Assembly: GCA_965644295.1 (NCBI GenBank)
Contig: CBFFRP010000297.1
Location: 868,001-932,000 of the forward strand
DNA: 64,000 nucleotides
Direction: 5' to 3'
Source of the DNA: Paraphysomonas bandaiensis
Lineage: Eukaryota; Protista; Chrysophyceae
In this document: positions 38,002 through 51,517 of the stretch, one piece after another
Layout of the letters: every line of letters begins with the position of its first letter
Position numbering within the stretch: the first letter of the stretch is position 1
Translations under genes and position numbers: made by a program
Notes under the pieces: generated by a model
Told to the model about the DNA's origin: nothing
Databases searched by the model: none
Seen by the model: the letters and a program-made list of their open reading frames with translations, nothing else

Positions 38002-39495
38002 ATGTTTGATGAAGACTATTACATACGACATACAATGACTGGCATCTTATGGAAACAAGGACAAGGACGTAAAATTGAGTTTTATAAACCATGGCGACAG
38101 AGACTGTTTGTATTAGACCGCAAGAAGATGATGCTGCACTACTTCATAGTACCCAAGTACGAATATACATACACATGTACATATATACGCTCTTATATAC
38201 ATATATATGTATCTATATATACTTATATATACGTATTTTGTATCTTATAATTACATCTATTCTAGAAATGATTGGAAGAGCATCCCTCCTTCGAAAGAAA
38301 GTTTTCGTGGGGAGATATCTGTTCAGGATTGTAGACTATCATTGGTTTCTGAGACTGAGAAAATGCATGCTTTTCGTATTTTACACGGAGCAGAAACTCT
38401 AACTCTGGCATGCTCCTCCTACTCAGAAAAGCAAAAGGTAAGTACTTCTTCCTCTTTTACTTATTGTAGTAATACTTCTGTAAGTGGATGTCTGCACTAT
38501 CGACCATCACTGCAGATGGTGCTGCTGAAATCTCGAAGGAGAGAATTCGAATAATTTCACAGAATTCTGGGCACATTCCGAATGCTTTACAGCGTACTAA
38601 CTCGAGTACTGTAAGATCGCGGTCCATCCCGAAACCAGCCGGTATATTTGCTAGCCACTCTCCAATGGAATGCCCTATCACAGAGAAAGAGATGCCGAAA
38701 AATGAAGCTCCCTCCCCCTCCGTATTTGATTCTGGACAGAAGTGCCACCCAACAGCTGATAACTCTCATAAATATACATCGGAAACGGCACAACTGGAGG
38801 AAGAAATGGACGCGATGACCATATTCGACTCTGCAATTCGTACGGCTGTGGAACAGAAGTTGCCTCCGTCTGACGTCTCCGAGGATCGCACCAATACATC
38901 ACCGAATATTCTGTCGTCCAATATCGTGACAGTGGACGTCAACCAACACCGAGAAAACGACCGAGTAGTCTCAGAAACAGTAAAGATCAAGAGCGAAGAC
39001 TTGTCATCTCTGCTCGCACCGCCTGAAAGCGATTCGACAGGCGAGAGTAATACTGAAATGCCCATGCCTTTAAGTGATCAGAGCATAGAACTGCACGAGG
39101 AAAGGTCGGTGCTTTTCTACTCACTCTTGTTGTCGCTTACCTTTAATACAGAGAACGAGAAATGAAAGAAAAACTTGTGGCTTACCGTAAAGAAGTTTTT
39201 CGCCAAATATGCCACGAAGAACACTCGAACAGTTCGAAGGTGTCGTGAATTATTTTAATGCCAATGTAACATGTATGGTCAGGACGTATATGAAGGAAAT
39301 GAGAGATCTGAAGCTTTGGCTGCAGCTGCTGCTGGTGACCAATCGGAGTATGCCAGCTCAGTAAGAGCAAGGACAGAGCACAAAGATAAAGCGGTAAGTG
39401 AGTGTTGCTATAAGTTGTGTGGAGCTTACTCAGAGCAGAATATCAGCGCCGGAGTGCATGAGGCTGACGTGACTCTTGGAGTTGATAACTCCTAG
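38002..39495 (+). CDS. PH-domain protein
   Basis: TGILWKQG...PWRQRLFVL...LHYF...RGEISV...HAFRI...LTLACSSYSEKQ.WMSAL. Multi-exon; 3' end approximate. Confidence 0.8.
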
Positions 39496-41384
39496 CTATT
39501 AGATTGCTGTGCCACAGAAGCCCATGCATGCTGATACATCGCTTGTTTCGTAGATGTATGTTAATATTCATTTGTTATTTTTGTGTATCTCGAACTGTAT
39601 TTTTCGTGCGAGTTTATGATGAGCTTGTTAGTGTGCTAAATACATTCGTTCCCTTGAAAAATAAACGAGTCATTGTTGATTAATTGTTGACATACAGCAG
39701 TTGTATTTTGAATTGTTGTAGTGTTTAAAGTTATTCTGCATGCACCTCACGTCGCATACTTCAACTGTGCTAGCGTGCCACTGTCAATATGTACCACTGT
39801 CAACCCATTGATCATCATGAGCAATTTAAGTGTACCTGCCAGCAGTCATTGTTCATTGTTCTCTATTCGAACCTCTTGTGGTCTTAAATACAATGACTTA
39901 AGTCTATCAGCACATCAGTACGACCATCAATATAGGTAGCATCATATAACTTTCCATTCACTGCAGTAACTATAAACTATAAACTATACCATTGAGCCCA
40001 TGAATATTACTCACTTTCTCACCCACTTTGAACTGTATTTCATCCTCACCATCAGAACTGCTGAATTCATCGGAACTTTCACGGACACATTTTTCCAGCT
40101 CGCTCTCTGTGACTTCCTGCTCCTCCTCGTCACTAGAATTCGATTCCATATAATTCTTATGTTTTCATGCCACAATAATATGAACAAATATGAACATATG
40201 TAGTAATAATGGGATTTATTCACTTCAATATTTTGATCTCTCACTAATCTAGTGGAGTAGTAAGACTTGTACTGGTAAATAATCTAGTATAAAACGTGGA
40301 AAACAAAAATTCCTCCGTTTGCATAATGTTTACTTAACGTCATCGCTATCTGATAGAATAATACTAAATAAATAATTTGAGCTCTACTGCTGTCAGACAC
40401 AAGGATAAGACTTACAAAGCTTTAACAAAACTGTAGTGGTATCGCACTATTGTGACAGTGTAAGGGTATGCTCCGTCCCAACAATACCGAATATCTCCCT
40501 GCTTGGCTTGAATGATAGTATTTGAATAAAAATCAGACCATCAGGCCTAAAAACGACATCTTGGGTATTTTTTGGACCCCTACCTATTTACAGTGAGTAT
40601 GCCTACTGTCCAAATAGTAAGCCATACACTTTCGTTTTTGGCACACAATAATGCCCGAATAATACGACAATAACATACGATTAATAATCCACACTTGACT
40701 GACATGAATTGTTGCAATATTCACACCCACCGTCACATCTATTGAGATGATAAGAAGGGTTCGTAATAAAATATATAAGAGAGAGCGATAAATTTTAAAA
40801 CATAGTAAGGAGGACTGTGATTTTTAGAATACATTCCATGCTTATTAAAATAATATCAATAATAATAATATTATTGGAATTTTGTCCACCATCACCTTGT
40901 GAATTGTATGTGAATGGTGACACACCTTTTGATGCAGTCATTACTCATTACATAGAGAGTTGATGGCTTTATAATTCAATTTGACTATGTATGGTTATTG
41001 TGTAAGGGTGTATTAAATTTTATTTACATGTGTAGGGTCAATGATAAATGATAAAGCAAAATCGTTCAAGCTTCTTCAATATGACGGCAACATAAATGTA
41101 TACTGTATATGAGAGCTCGACTACTACAACACTGCTATTCCAAAAGTATTTCATTGCACGCATACCAAAATTATTATATTAGCTTGACTGCCACTACAGA
41201 GTTCAAACTATGCTGCTACTACGATCATCCAGCAGGCGTGGTACTATCTCAGTAAACGGGTTGAAAATGAATATCCCACGGTAAGGCGAGGGAAGTATAA
41301 ATATCAGCTACCAAAATTCAATACTACGATATTCAAATACTTTGCTGTTAAATCCGCAACTCAGCAATTGCCACAATATCATGA

Positions 41385-42791
41385 CTACTCGGAGCTCTCA
41401 ATCTTCTCCTCGCTGTTTTCCTTTGAAGCAGCCTCTTGTTCTGCCAAACTCCGGGCCTCCTCTTCATACTGCTTCTGAATTCGCTCTTCCTCAATCCGCC
41501 TCTTTTCAGCTGCCTCTGCCTGTAATTTGGCCCGTGCAATTGACTGAGCTTCAGATTCCAGTTTACTCGCGAGGGCCACTTCTTCGGCCTTGAGACGTGG
41601 CTCCATAAATCTCGACACGAGATCGGATGACACCCTCCACAGTTCTTGCTGGAGAGTACGGTTCCGAGTATCACTTGAAGGCTGACCTTCCAGAGCAATG
41701 GGAACATAATACTTTCCAGTTACTTTCGCCATCTCTGGTGCTGTTGCCACATAAAGCTGAGTGTAGGCACCCGGATCGGTATCCATTGCCAACATATTCA
41801 TGGCCCAGTCTTTAATATGAATCATCACGTCTCCACCCATATATTCAACCAAGTCAGTTACATGTCTCATTAGATCCGTCTTCACCATTCCTGGGTGGAT
41901 TGCGTTTGATGTCATTCCGGATCCTTTGGTGCGCTCCGCTAGTTCTTGGGCAAAAAGGATATTGGCCAGCTTGCTCTGACCGTAAGCCAATCTACACCCA
42001 AGTATTAATACGATAGCAGTAGTATCAGTATACCTACATAAGGTTATAGTTATTATTATTATCCAGTTGATCAAATCGTATCCCTCCGGGGTACGAGCCC
42101 TGGTGTGCTGCGCTGGAAACAGTCACAACACGCGCGCTAGACTCCAGCAGCTCCGTCATCAATTGATCCACAAGGAAGAAATGGCCAAGATGGTTAGTCC
42201 CGAATTGCAATTCGTACCCATCCTTCGTTTCTCCATATGGGCACATCATAACACCAGCATTAAGAATGAGTATATCGATTCTATCAGTCATAGTTTTAAT
42301 GGTATCAGTGAAGTGCAACACGCTCTCCAGAGAAGCCAAATCTAATGGCTGAACTTCAATATTATTGCATGCAGATCCAATAATATTGCAAATATCTTTC
42401 TTCGCATTTTCCCCTTTTGAAACACTACGTGATGTTAAAACAACCTTTGCACCTTTACGAGCCAATTCACGTACTGTAACTTTACCAATTCCTGTATATA
42501 GATATGTGAGGAGACATACATCTGAATATATATGTATAGACGTATAGACATGTATATATACAGCACCTGTATTTCCTCCTGTAACGATAGCAAACTTTCC
42601 ACTTTGATCTGGTATATGATTGAATGTGTATTCAGGTGATACGTATACAGCCATCCAACCACCCTATAAGACACACATACATACATAAGACACACACATG
42701 TATGTATGTATATGATACGTACGAAGATATATGACACTAAGAGTGGTGTAATGATCGCACCAAGAGCAACTAGGACAGCGAGGGTTTTCAT
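41385..42791 (-). CDS. Short-chain dehydrogenase/reductase (RDH12/WWOX-like) with N-terminal anchor and charged C-terminal helix
   Basis: VTGGNTGIG, LILNAGVM, QFGTNHLGHF, VSSAAH, YGQSK and HPGMVKT. Confidence 0.92.
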
Positions 42792-42865
42792 CTTATCTAT
42801 AGATACTCCAGTGATAGCTATATATATATATATATACCCTGATAGGACTGACATGAACACACTGC

Positions 42866-43114
42866 TGTATGTATGTATGTATGTATGTATGTATGTATGT
42901 ATGTATGTATGTATGTATGTATGTATGTATGTATGTATGTATGTATGTATGTATGTATGTATGTATGTATGTATGTATGTATGTATGTATGTATGTATGT
43001 ATGTATGTATGTATGTATGTATGTATGTATGTATGTATGTATGTATGTATGTATGTATGTATGTATGTATGTATGTATGTATGTATGTATGTATGTATGT
43101 ATGTATGTATGTAC

Positions 43115-43145
<31 letters not shown>

Positions 43146-43397
43146 TGTATGTATGTATGTATGTATGTATGTATGTATGTATGTATGTATGTATGTATGT
43201 ATGTATGTATGTATGTATGTATGTATGTATGTATGTATGTATGTATGTATGTATGTATGTATGTATGTATGTATGTATGTATGTATGTATGTATGTATGT
43301 ATGTATGTATGTATGTATGTAGGTATGTAGGTATGTAGGTATGTAGGTATGTAGGTATGTAGGTATGTAGGTATGTAGGTATGTAGGTGTATGTATG

Positions 43398-43429
<32 letters not shown>

Positions 43430-43458
43430 TGTATGTATGTATGTATGTATGTATGTAC
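42866..43458. repeat. (TATG)n microsatellite with an internal (GTAGGTAT)n segment
   Basis: Direct reading; ~590 bp. Confidence 0.98.
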
Positions 43459-43681
43459 ATAAGTATAAGTTTTCAGTTTTAATTTGAACTATTCAAGATA
43501 CGTTAGCAGTTTTTGTGAAATATCTGCCGTTACAAATCGTTGATCGCCAAACAAGGATTTAGTTATACGTAGATGTATGTATGTATGTGTGTATGTATAA
43601 GTGGATGCAGATCATTTATACATATAACGATCATTAAAGTTGTGCTGAACATAACGTAATTAGGTAGAGTATATATTAACT

Positions 43682-45966
43682 ATGGGAGCATCGTCTTCTG
43701 TTGCAGAGAATTGTCGCACAACTGTTGCTGGTTTAATATCAGATAAACCAGCAGATGCTTCAGATATTACTGTACGTGTTCATTCCTATGAAGTTATGTG
43801 AATTAACATCTATATGGACTGTTTTCAGGATCTTGAACAAGCAAAGGAAGAAATCAGACATCTACGTAAAGCTGCTAGAGAGTTTCAGGCTCATTTGAAA
43901 GGTGTGATATATCAATTGGGGTTATAATTTAAACTCATATGTTACCAGAGGAGTTGACGAAACACAACGCACCAGTGGGAGGAAAAGTTAAACGTCAGGC
44001 CGTTCTCGATAAAGGAAACAATGCGGATATCGATAATAACGAAGAGTATGTTCCGAAGGTGTGTAATTGTTTATGACACCTGATCTGATTTCTAAATACT
44101 TGTGACCTGTAGATTTTCCCAAAGACATCTGATATTCGTGAACTTATTTTGGGTGTTGTGACATCGAATATACTGTTCTCGTCTTACGCAGCTGATGAAC
44201 ACTCAGCTATTGTTGATGCTTTTGAGTCAGTTAATGTAACTGCGGGAACCAAAGTTATTACTCAAGGAGAGTCGGGAGACAACTTTTACGTTATTCAGAG
44301 TGGTATTTTCGATATTTATATTCGCGGAAACGATGGTGACAATAAAGTTGGAAATTCCCTTGGACCTGGAAATTCATTTGGTGAGTTAGCCTTAATGTAC
44401 AACACTCCTCGTGCTGCAACAATCAAAGCAGTTAGCGATGGAACTCTCTGGCAGATTGACAGACAGACATACCGAAAGATCGTTGTGCACTACAAGTACC
44501 TTCGCAATCAGCAGTATCAAGAATTTTTGCGTAACGTTGAGATTAACGGGAAGAAATTACGCCAGATTATGAGTGAAGCCCAACTAGAGAAGATGACCGT
44601 TCTGTTGGAACGTGAGGTGTACAATGAAAGTGAAGCCATTGTTCGACAAGGAAACATTGGAGACAACTTCTATATTATTGCAGATGGTGCTGTTGGCGTA
44701 TTCCGTAGTGAAAATGGTGGCGAGGAAAAGAAATTGACAACTTTGCAGAAAGGTGCGTACTTTGGTGAGCAGGCTCTCTTGCGCGAGGATGTGAGACAAG
44801 CTTCCTGTATCGCCGAGAACAAGGTCACTGTACTTACTCTGGGCAGAGAGGATTTCATTGATATGCTCGGGTCTTTCGAAGATATATTATCCGGCAAGTC
44901 TGCAACCACAACGGCCAGCGAAAGTAAGGTGCAAGAGGCGGTAGCGACTGCGGAGGTTACTGGTTTTGCTCTCAACTGTACTCTTGCAGACCTCGAAGTT
45001 CGAAATACCCTTGGTTGTGGTGCATTTGGTCGTGTGAAACTGTGCAGACACACTGCCAAAGACACTTTCTATGCTCTTAAATGCCAGGCGAAACGCGCTA
45101 TTGTTGATAGCGGACTGCAAGAACACGTGCTCAATGAAATGAGAGTTATGCGCAAGATTGACCACCCCTATATTGCACGTCTCTATTTAGCTCTTCAGGA
45201 TAATAAATTTATATACTTCATCCTTGAGCTTCTGCAGGGCGGTGAACTCTTCACCCACCTTCGTAGCCGTGGAAAGCTGTCCGAGCAGACGGCCAGATTC
45301 TATGCCGCAACTGTGGTATATGCTTTTTCCACTCTGCATGCTAAAAAGATAGCATACAGAGACCTCAAGCCTGAAAATCTTGTCATGGATACGAAGGGGT
45401 ATGTCAAATTGGTTGACTTTGGACTGGCCAAACAACTACTCTCGGGAAAGACATGGACTCTATGTGGAACACCAGACTATCTTGCACCTGAAATTATTCT
45501 TAACGAGGGCCACGATCTTGCTGTTGACTATTGGGCGCTTGGTGTGTTGATATTTGAAATGGTTGTTGGTGCCCCACCATTTTATGCTGAGGATCCCATG
45601 GAAGTCTATGAGAAGATTCTCAGCGGCAATCCCGCCTTCCCCACTTTTTTTACTCGCAACCTATCGGACCTCATCAAGAAGCTTCTGCGATCTCAACAGG
45701 CTAAGCGTCTTGGGAACACTCGCGGTGGTACTGCTGCGGTTGTAAAGCACAAATGGTTCAGTTCATTCGATTGGGCTGGTCTTGAGTCAGGTGAAACAAA
45801 GGCTCCATATGTTCCCACAATCAGTGGCAAAGATGATGTCACAAATTTCGACCAGTTCGACGATGGTGACAACCCGGTAAGCTCACTGCGTTCTTTCATT
45901 CTTCATGTCTGATATATAGTATCTTTTTAGGGTGACTCTGATTGGCATCCCGATCTTAATGCATAG
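43682..45966 (+). CDS. Cyclic-nucleotide-dependent protein kinase (two cNMP-binding domains plus AGC kinase, PKG-like architecture)
   Basis: MGASSS myristoylation-type start; KRQAV pseudosubstrate-like motif; FGELALMYNTPRAAT and FGEQALL...RQAS cassettes; kinase GCGAFG, YRDLKPEN, DFG, TLCGTPDYLAPE; four introns. Confidence 0.93.
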
Positions 45967-46816
45967 TTATCACACTTGAAACAAGAGCTTGTGATATTAT
46001 GCAGTTAGATTTGACTGTTTCAGCTATCAAATTCGTAGATGAGATCATATGGATACAAATTGTGTAGCAAACAACTGTGAATTTAATATTAATGACATGC
46101 ATGACTGTGGTTAGACTCAAACGTTATGAGTGCGAAATTATAATAATTGAGGATGATTGGATTCAGTGTGTGCACTACAGCAATACAGTGAGTTACTATG
46201 GCATGTAAAATGCGAATTATTTTAATTGTGTATAAACATGTCTCAATTCTTTATGTACTCTTTTCTTTTGATATCATGTCTTTAAACTTCGTGTTTTCTC
46301 CATAAGCCATTAAATAGGTTACAGCAGACACAGTGACTAGATCCTCCTCTTGAAAATAATTTTCTTTGTGCTTGTTTCGAATCACCTTTCAAACAGGCCC
46401 CATAAGCATGTTTTGTTATATTTCAGGCGTATCTCGTATTGATATGTTATATTTGTTTCAGATCGTTAAAGAAAGTTGTGCCGTTAGACTGGATATATGA
46501 TATTATTTATAGGCAATTATGTGTTGAGTTTTTGCTGTTTGTGAGCAATTAAAAGCTGTAGCTTCTAAGATATTTGAATTATATCCGTTACTCAAAGAAT
46601 ACAGTAGTAACTAGCCGTATTATGAGAACCAATAATATGACATTGTTGTGATGATACTGAAATATACTGACTGTACAAGATAGTGACGATGTAAGATCGT
46701 ACTAGAAATGGTTGGTGTAGTAGAGATAAAAAGAGTTGGTGAATGTCAATGAATGAAGAATGGTAACTCTTATAATTATTATATTCTATCTATTATGTGT
46801 TGTTATATTAAATACT

Positions 46817-47326
46817 GCCCATTCCGAGGGCGTGGTCATAGTGTAGGCTGGCTGGTACACCACCTATAACACGTAGCACTGATTCTACCACCAGTCTACC
46901 CATGTAGCAACATAGTTGACCGCATAGATCATGTGCAGACTCTGTTGCCGCCCACCCTTGTTCATCTTTGCTAAGATTACGCGGGATTTCTGATTACTAT
47001 GCATGACATTTATATATGTAATTCGCGCAGATTCTAGTAGGTCCATGTGTGCCTTCCCATTAGTATCTAATAAAGATTACGCGGGGATTCTCATGACCAT
47101 GCATGACTCAGCATAGGTCTAGTGTGACATTGGCGCCCCCCCCTCCAATAGAATGCGCGGGTTTTATCGTAATCTCATATAGGCTATGCAAATATAGTGT
47201 AGATGTAGCTAGATTTTTCTTGGTGCCGACACACAAAGAATAAGCTGAGAGTTTTATTAAGAAACTATACATTACTTAGCTTAGTCAACACTAGCACTTC
47301 ACTAGAATACGCTCTCGGAATGGGGC
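46817..47326 (+). mobile_element. ~500-bp MITE family B, copy 1
   Basis: TIR GCCC(C)ATTCCGA...TCGGAATGGGGC; high identity to the reverse complement of 52171-52649; degenerate 7-bp TSD AAATACT/AAAAACA. Confidence 0.85.
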
Positions 47327-47629
47327 AAAAACATATATATATATAGCAACAACATAAATTATCTGTACATAGAGACACGACGACCACCACTAATTATCTG
47401 CCACAATCTAGTGTAACTTAATACAGACCAGATCTGTACTAATGATTGATATCACATACCTTGATACATTGGGTAATTATGTATCGCTTAGTTTCACCTT
47501 TATAATCATTCCTAGCAACATACTAGCATCACAAAATGCATTTCTTAGTTTATTCTAGGATCACTCCCACATGAATTTATAATTGATGAGGTGCTACTAT
47601 CTGCTGCACAGGGATAGCAGAAGTATTTT

Positions 47630-48070
47630 GTTTCCCATCATCATCTGCATATTTTGCTGGTGCAACATCAGCTGATATTGCTGATTTTGTTGCTGAATCA
47701 CCATCTACATGCAGGATCCGTTGCTACCTTGCAACCCATCCACGCAACTCTTAACTGCTTTCGTGACGAAAATTCTACTCGAGGGGCCATTTCTGATTTC
47801 TGAGTTTCTTCTGTGGAGGCTAGACAACTGGTTGATTATTTAGTGGTTGGCCCGCAATTTCGTCATTACGCTCGTCGTTGGAGATGCTTTCCGGGGCTTC
47901 AAGATTTCCCATTTTCAGAAATTTCTCCACAAGACTGTCACTGTCTGAGTCGTCTCCATAGATGCCAACATTTTCCTTGTAGAGGATACGCCGGTAAATC
48001 GCTTGAACACGACGAGTGGTATCATCCGTCCCACTGTTTCCAGTCCGACAATCAATATCAGGTGGATGAT
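47630..48070 (-). pseudogene. Degenerate ORF resembling a DUF6818/Myb-like PIF-Harbinger accessory protein
   Basis: RTGNSGTDDTTRRVQAIYRRILYK resembles the KPTG....VRRAK.I...I motif; Q/M-rich tail; in-frame stops. Confidence 0.4.
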
Positions 48071-48684
48071 ATACTCAATGCACATCAACTGACATACGCA
48101 TCTTGAAAATGAAAGTATGTACTGTGGAATAGAGTGCTGAGGTGCTGAGGGTGCAGCAGTATTGGTTGCAGCTTCTACTGTATGATGTATATGGTTGTGG
48201 ATCTGTATGATGTATGACTATAGTCGTGTCATATGATGTTGAGCACTACTGTTGCATATATGCACATATGTATCGCTATATATTGCTGGGTGATGCTGTG
48301 GACACAAATGTACATCCCGTTGCCTCAACTCCATCCACCCTCTACGCACGAGTATCGTAGAGCCAACTGCTGGTTGACTTATCTTTTCTACATGGATATA
48401 GACACTAAAAAGCATAAGTTTTTACCGCTGAATCTTGTTAAATCTTTCTAAACACCCTAAAAAGTATGAATATATATATAAATACTGTACTATATCCAAA
48501 AGTGTGGGAATATTGGACCTAATCATCATCATCAGCAGTACAGTGCTATTGGAAAATCCAAATTGTCCAGCCAATAATTTCTGGATATTTTCACTTTTCG
48601 TGGTATTAATTTGCTCACTTTTCTGTCTGTTATCTTCCTCACTTTTGCTCTATACTATATACCGTCTTGTACAAGGATTTCATC

Positions 48685-51517
48685 ATGTGGACCTCTGGAT
48701 TCAATCATACTTCCTACTATGACAGACCCACTCACAGGTCCACTCACACCAGGTCCACTTACGGATCCACTCACAGATCCACTCACGGATCCAACCATTC
48801 AAACCGATCAAACCGATCACGTCCAAGAGTCAGTGAATGTGATATGGATTTCAAACAAAGGGTATTACAGTGGGACTTACGTACTCTGAAGGACCCTACG
48901 CCCCTTATTAACCTACCTGCAAAACACTCTCTGAGGTAAGTAACACTATACGCATACATGTAACCATACTGTATATATATGTATGTACATGTATATATAT
49001 AGCCATACTAACACATATATACACTATCAGTGCCTACTCCTCCTACTATGAGAGTTTCATCCCTCATATACTCGAAGAATCTCGTTGTATCATCCGACAG
49101 GGATTAGATAACTCCAATAAGTGCCCTACAAGTATACTGACCCTCTCATGTGATGTGTCAGTGCCTCGAGTGGAGGGGAATCCATGGATCTTATCCTTCA
49201 CAGGCCGTATAGCTGTACAAGAGGATCATAGCCCATATATGAACGTGCTGCTCCTGACTCCTATAGGAAAATGTGAGTAGCCCTTAAAGATATTATGAAG
49301 TGTGTCCCTTAAAGATATGTTTTTAAAGATACCCCTAAAAGATATTTACTGGCGATAGCTAATGAAGGGGATAATAACATTAAAGCACGAGCAAGAGTCT
49401 TTAAAAGTTTCTATTATGAGCATAAGAAATGCTTTAAGGCAAATCAACGCTGGCGTGCAACTTATTTGGGATGTCTGGTGACACAAGAGCGGATGTTTGA
49501 TGCCTGCAATAATGGAGTCAATGGCATCGGTATGACTCATTGGAACAACCTTCCTATTAGCAAGATAGCGCAGGGTGAAATCGGCTACACGCCTTCTACT
49601 CGCACCGCGGCAATATTGTCCAATCTTAACCAAGGCCAGTCTCGTGCCATCACAGAGTTCAAGAGGCTCCCTGTAGGAGGTACATTGCTGTTGCAAGGTC
49701 CACCTGGCACCGGCAAAACAACCACATTGGTGACACTACTCGAACATCTTACGGGACAACGCAACTTGGTATGCGCAGCCTCCAACAAAGCCATTCAAGT
49801 GCTGGCTGAACGCTTTTACGATAAGAATCCAGATAGCGCCATGATTTTGGTTGGCGTTGAGGGCAAAATTCCTGATAAACTTCGACCCATTTCACTAAAC
49901 CACTGGTTAAAGAGCATCACTGATGAGATTGATAGACGCGTGAAACAAAAACAACATCTGCTGAAACATGTACTCGATAAATCCCGAACTTGGTTTGAAC
50001 TCCTGAAAGCAAAATGTGAAGACTGGAAGGAAAAGAACTCCCAGTTTCAGTTATTAATCGACTGCATTGATAAGAGGAAACCTTCTGATTTGTTTGTGAA
50101 ACTTGAAGTTGACTACAGTTTAAGAGAACTGCTAGAAAAGCTTCGTTCTGATGAATTAATTGAAGACCGCGATATTTTTATTGCTTCCTTTCGTACTGAA
50201 CTCCTGGATAATCATTTTAAAGGAGAACATGATCATTTGCTGCGATTGGAAACCCAGTTCAGCAGGTTTGGCGTACGCATTGAAATGACGAACCTAAAGT
50301 CTGTGATGTCGAACCTAAAGTATGAGTTGGAGTCGAATGCTCCCGACAAGTGGATAAAATTGCTTACAAAACAATGTGAGAGTCTTGAAGAGTTATCGAA
50401 CGCCTTAAAAAGAAATCAGACTATTGAAATGTCATTACTCAACGGTGCCCACTGGATATTTTCCACTCTCAGTATCATGGGACGAACAAAACTAACAGGC
50501 TGTGATGCACAAGATTTACTGCCTATTAGACAGGTGGACAACTTGGTAGTAGATGAAGCTGCGCAATCGGTGGAGGCAGAAACGTTAATTGCCTTTCAAT
50601 ATCAGCCCAAGCGCGTGCTGCTGGTAGGCGATACCAAACAACTTCCGGCTACGGTTATCTCTGAGCACGCCAAAGCCCATCACTATGACTGGTCTATGAT
50701 GTGGCGCTTGCAGGAAGAATGCAGCGTAGACACGCTGATGTTGAGTGAACAGTACCGCATGCATCCTGATATCTGCGAATTCCCTTCAAGGTACTGGTAT
50801 GAGGGCAAGTTGAAAACAGCAGCCAGCCTCGAATTTGATGCGGTTGATGGAAATAGTTTGTTCCGCCCGTACACTTTCTACAACATGGGCGATGGTGGTA
50901 ACTTCATGAAAAAGAAAGGTACCAGTTCATACAACCCCAAGGAAGCAAAGTATGTTGCTAAAGTGGTTGAATCATGTCAGCGGCAACTCCCGTGTAAAGA
51001 AATAGGCATCATCACCTTTTACACCGCTCAAGTAGAAGAAATTCAAAATGCCTTGAAGAAGGCGAAATGCCGTGAATTAAACAAAATACGTGTGAGCAGC
51101 GTGGATAGTTTTCAAGGAGGGGAGGCCGATATCATTATTTTGTCTTTTGTACGAGCACCTGATTCCAAAAAGAAGAAAGGGAGGGTTGGATTTGTAAACG
51201 ATTTTCGGCGTCTCAACGTGGCACTGACACGGGCCAAGAGCACATTGATTATGATCGGCCATGCCAAAACCTTAGATCAAGAAGAGGGCTCAGCTCTCCA
51301 AGAACTTATTCATGATGCTAGAGTTCGAGGTCATTTCTACGAAGAGAGTAAGCTAAGGGAGCGACTAATCCCACCAATGACTAATGCTGACCTTACAACC
51401 GAGATGTCCAGCTTATCGATTGACAACAAAAAACTGGACCGCCAAGAAACGTCTACAGCATCTTCAGCGCGAGAAAAGAGCGCGCCCAGCACCCACGGGA
51501 AGAAAAGCGCGAATTGA
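48685..51517 (+). CDS. Sen1/Upf1-like superfamily 1B helicase (DNA2/NAM7 family, AAA_11/AAA_12)
   Basis: Three exons (introns ~48936-49030 and 49273-49328). Upstream exons give the Sen1-like motifs FKQRVLQWD and YYESFIPHILEESR. The last exon has GPPGTGKT, VDEAAQ, GDTKQLP, QYRMHP, VDSFQGGE and RLNVALTRA. Confidence 0.9.

Noticed and set aside
39740-40660. Acidic minus-strand coding fragments (ESNSSDEEEQEV...)
   Set aside because: Could not assemble a stop-free model or assign a family; probably a decayed gene or TE.
42435-43460. Long MYVC/YIHT-repeat ORFs here and at 54302-55085 and 57972-58976
   Set aside because: Translation artifacts of stop-free (TATG)n microsatellites.
49466-51517. Intronless bacterial contaminant ORF starting at TTG
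   Set aside because: Two upstream exons with canonical splice sites supply the homologous Sen1-like N-terminus, so the gene is host-integrated.
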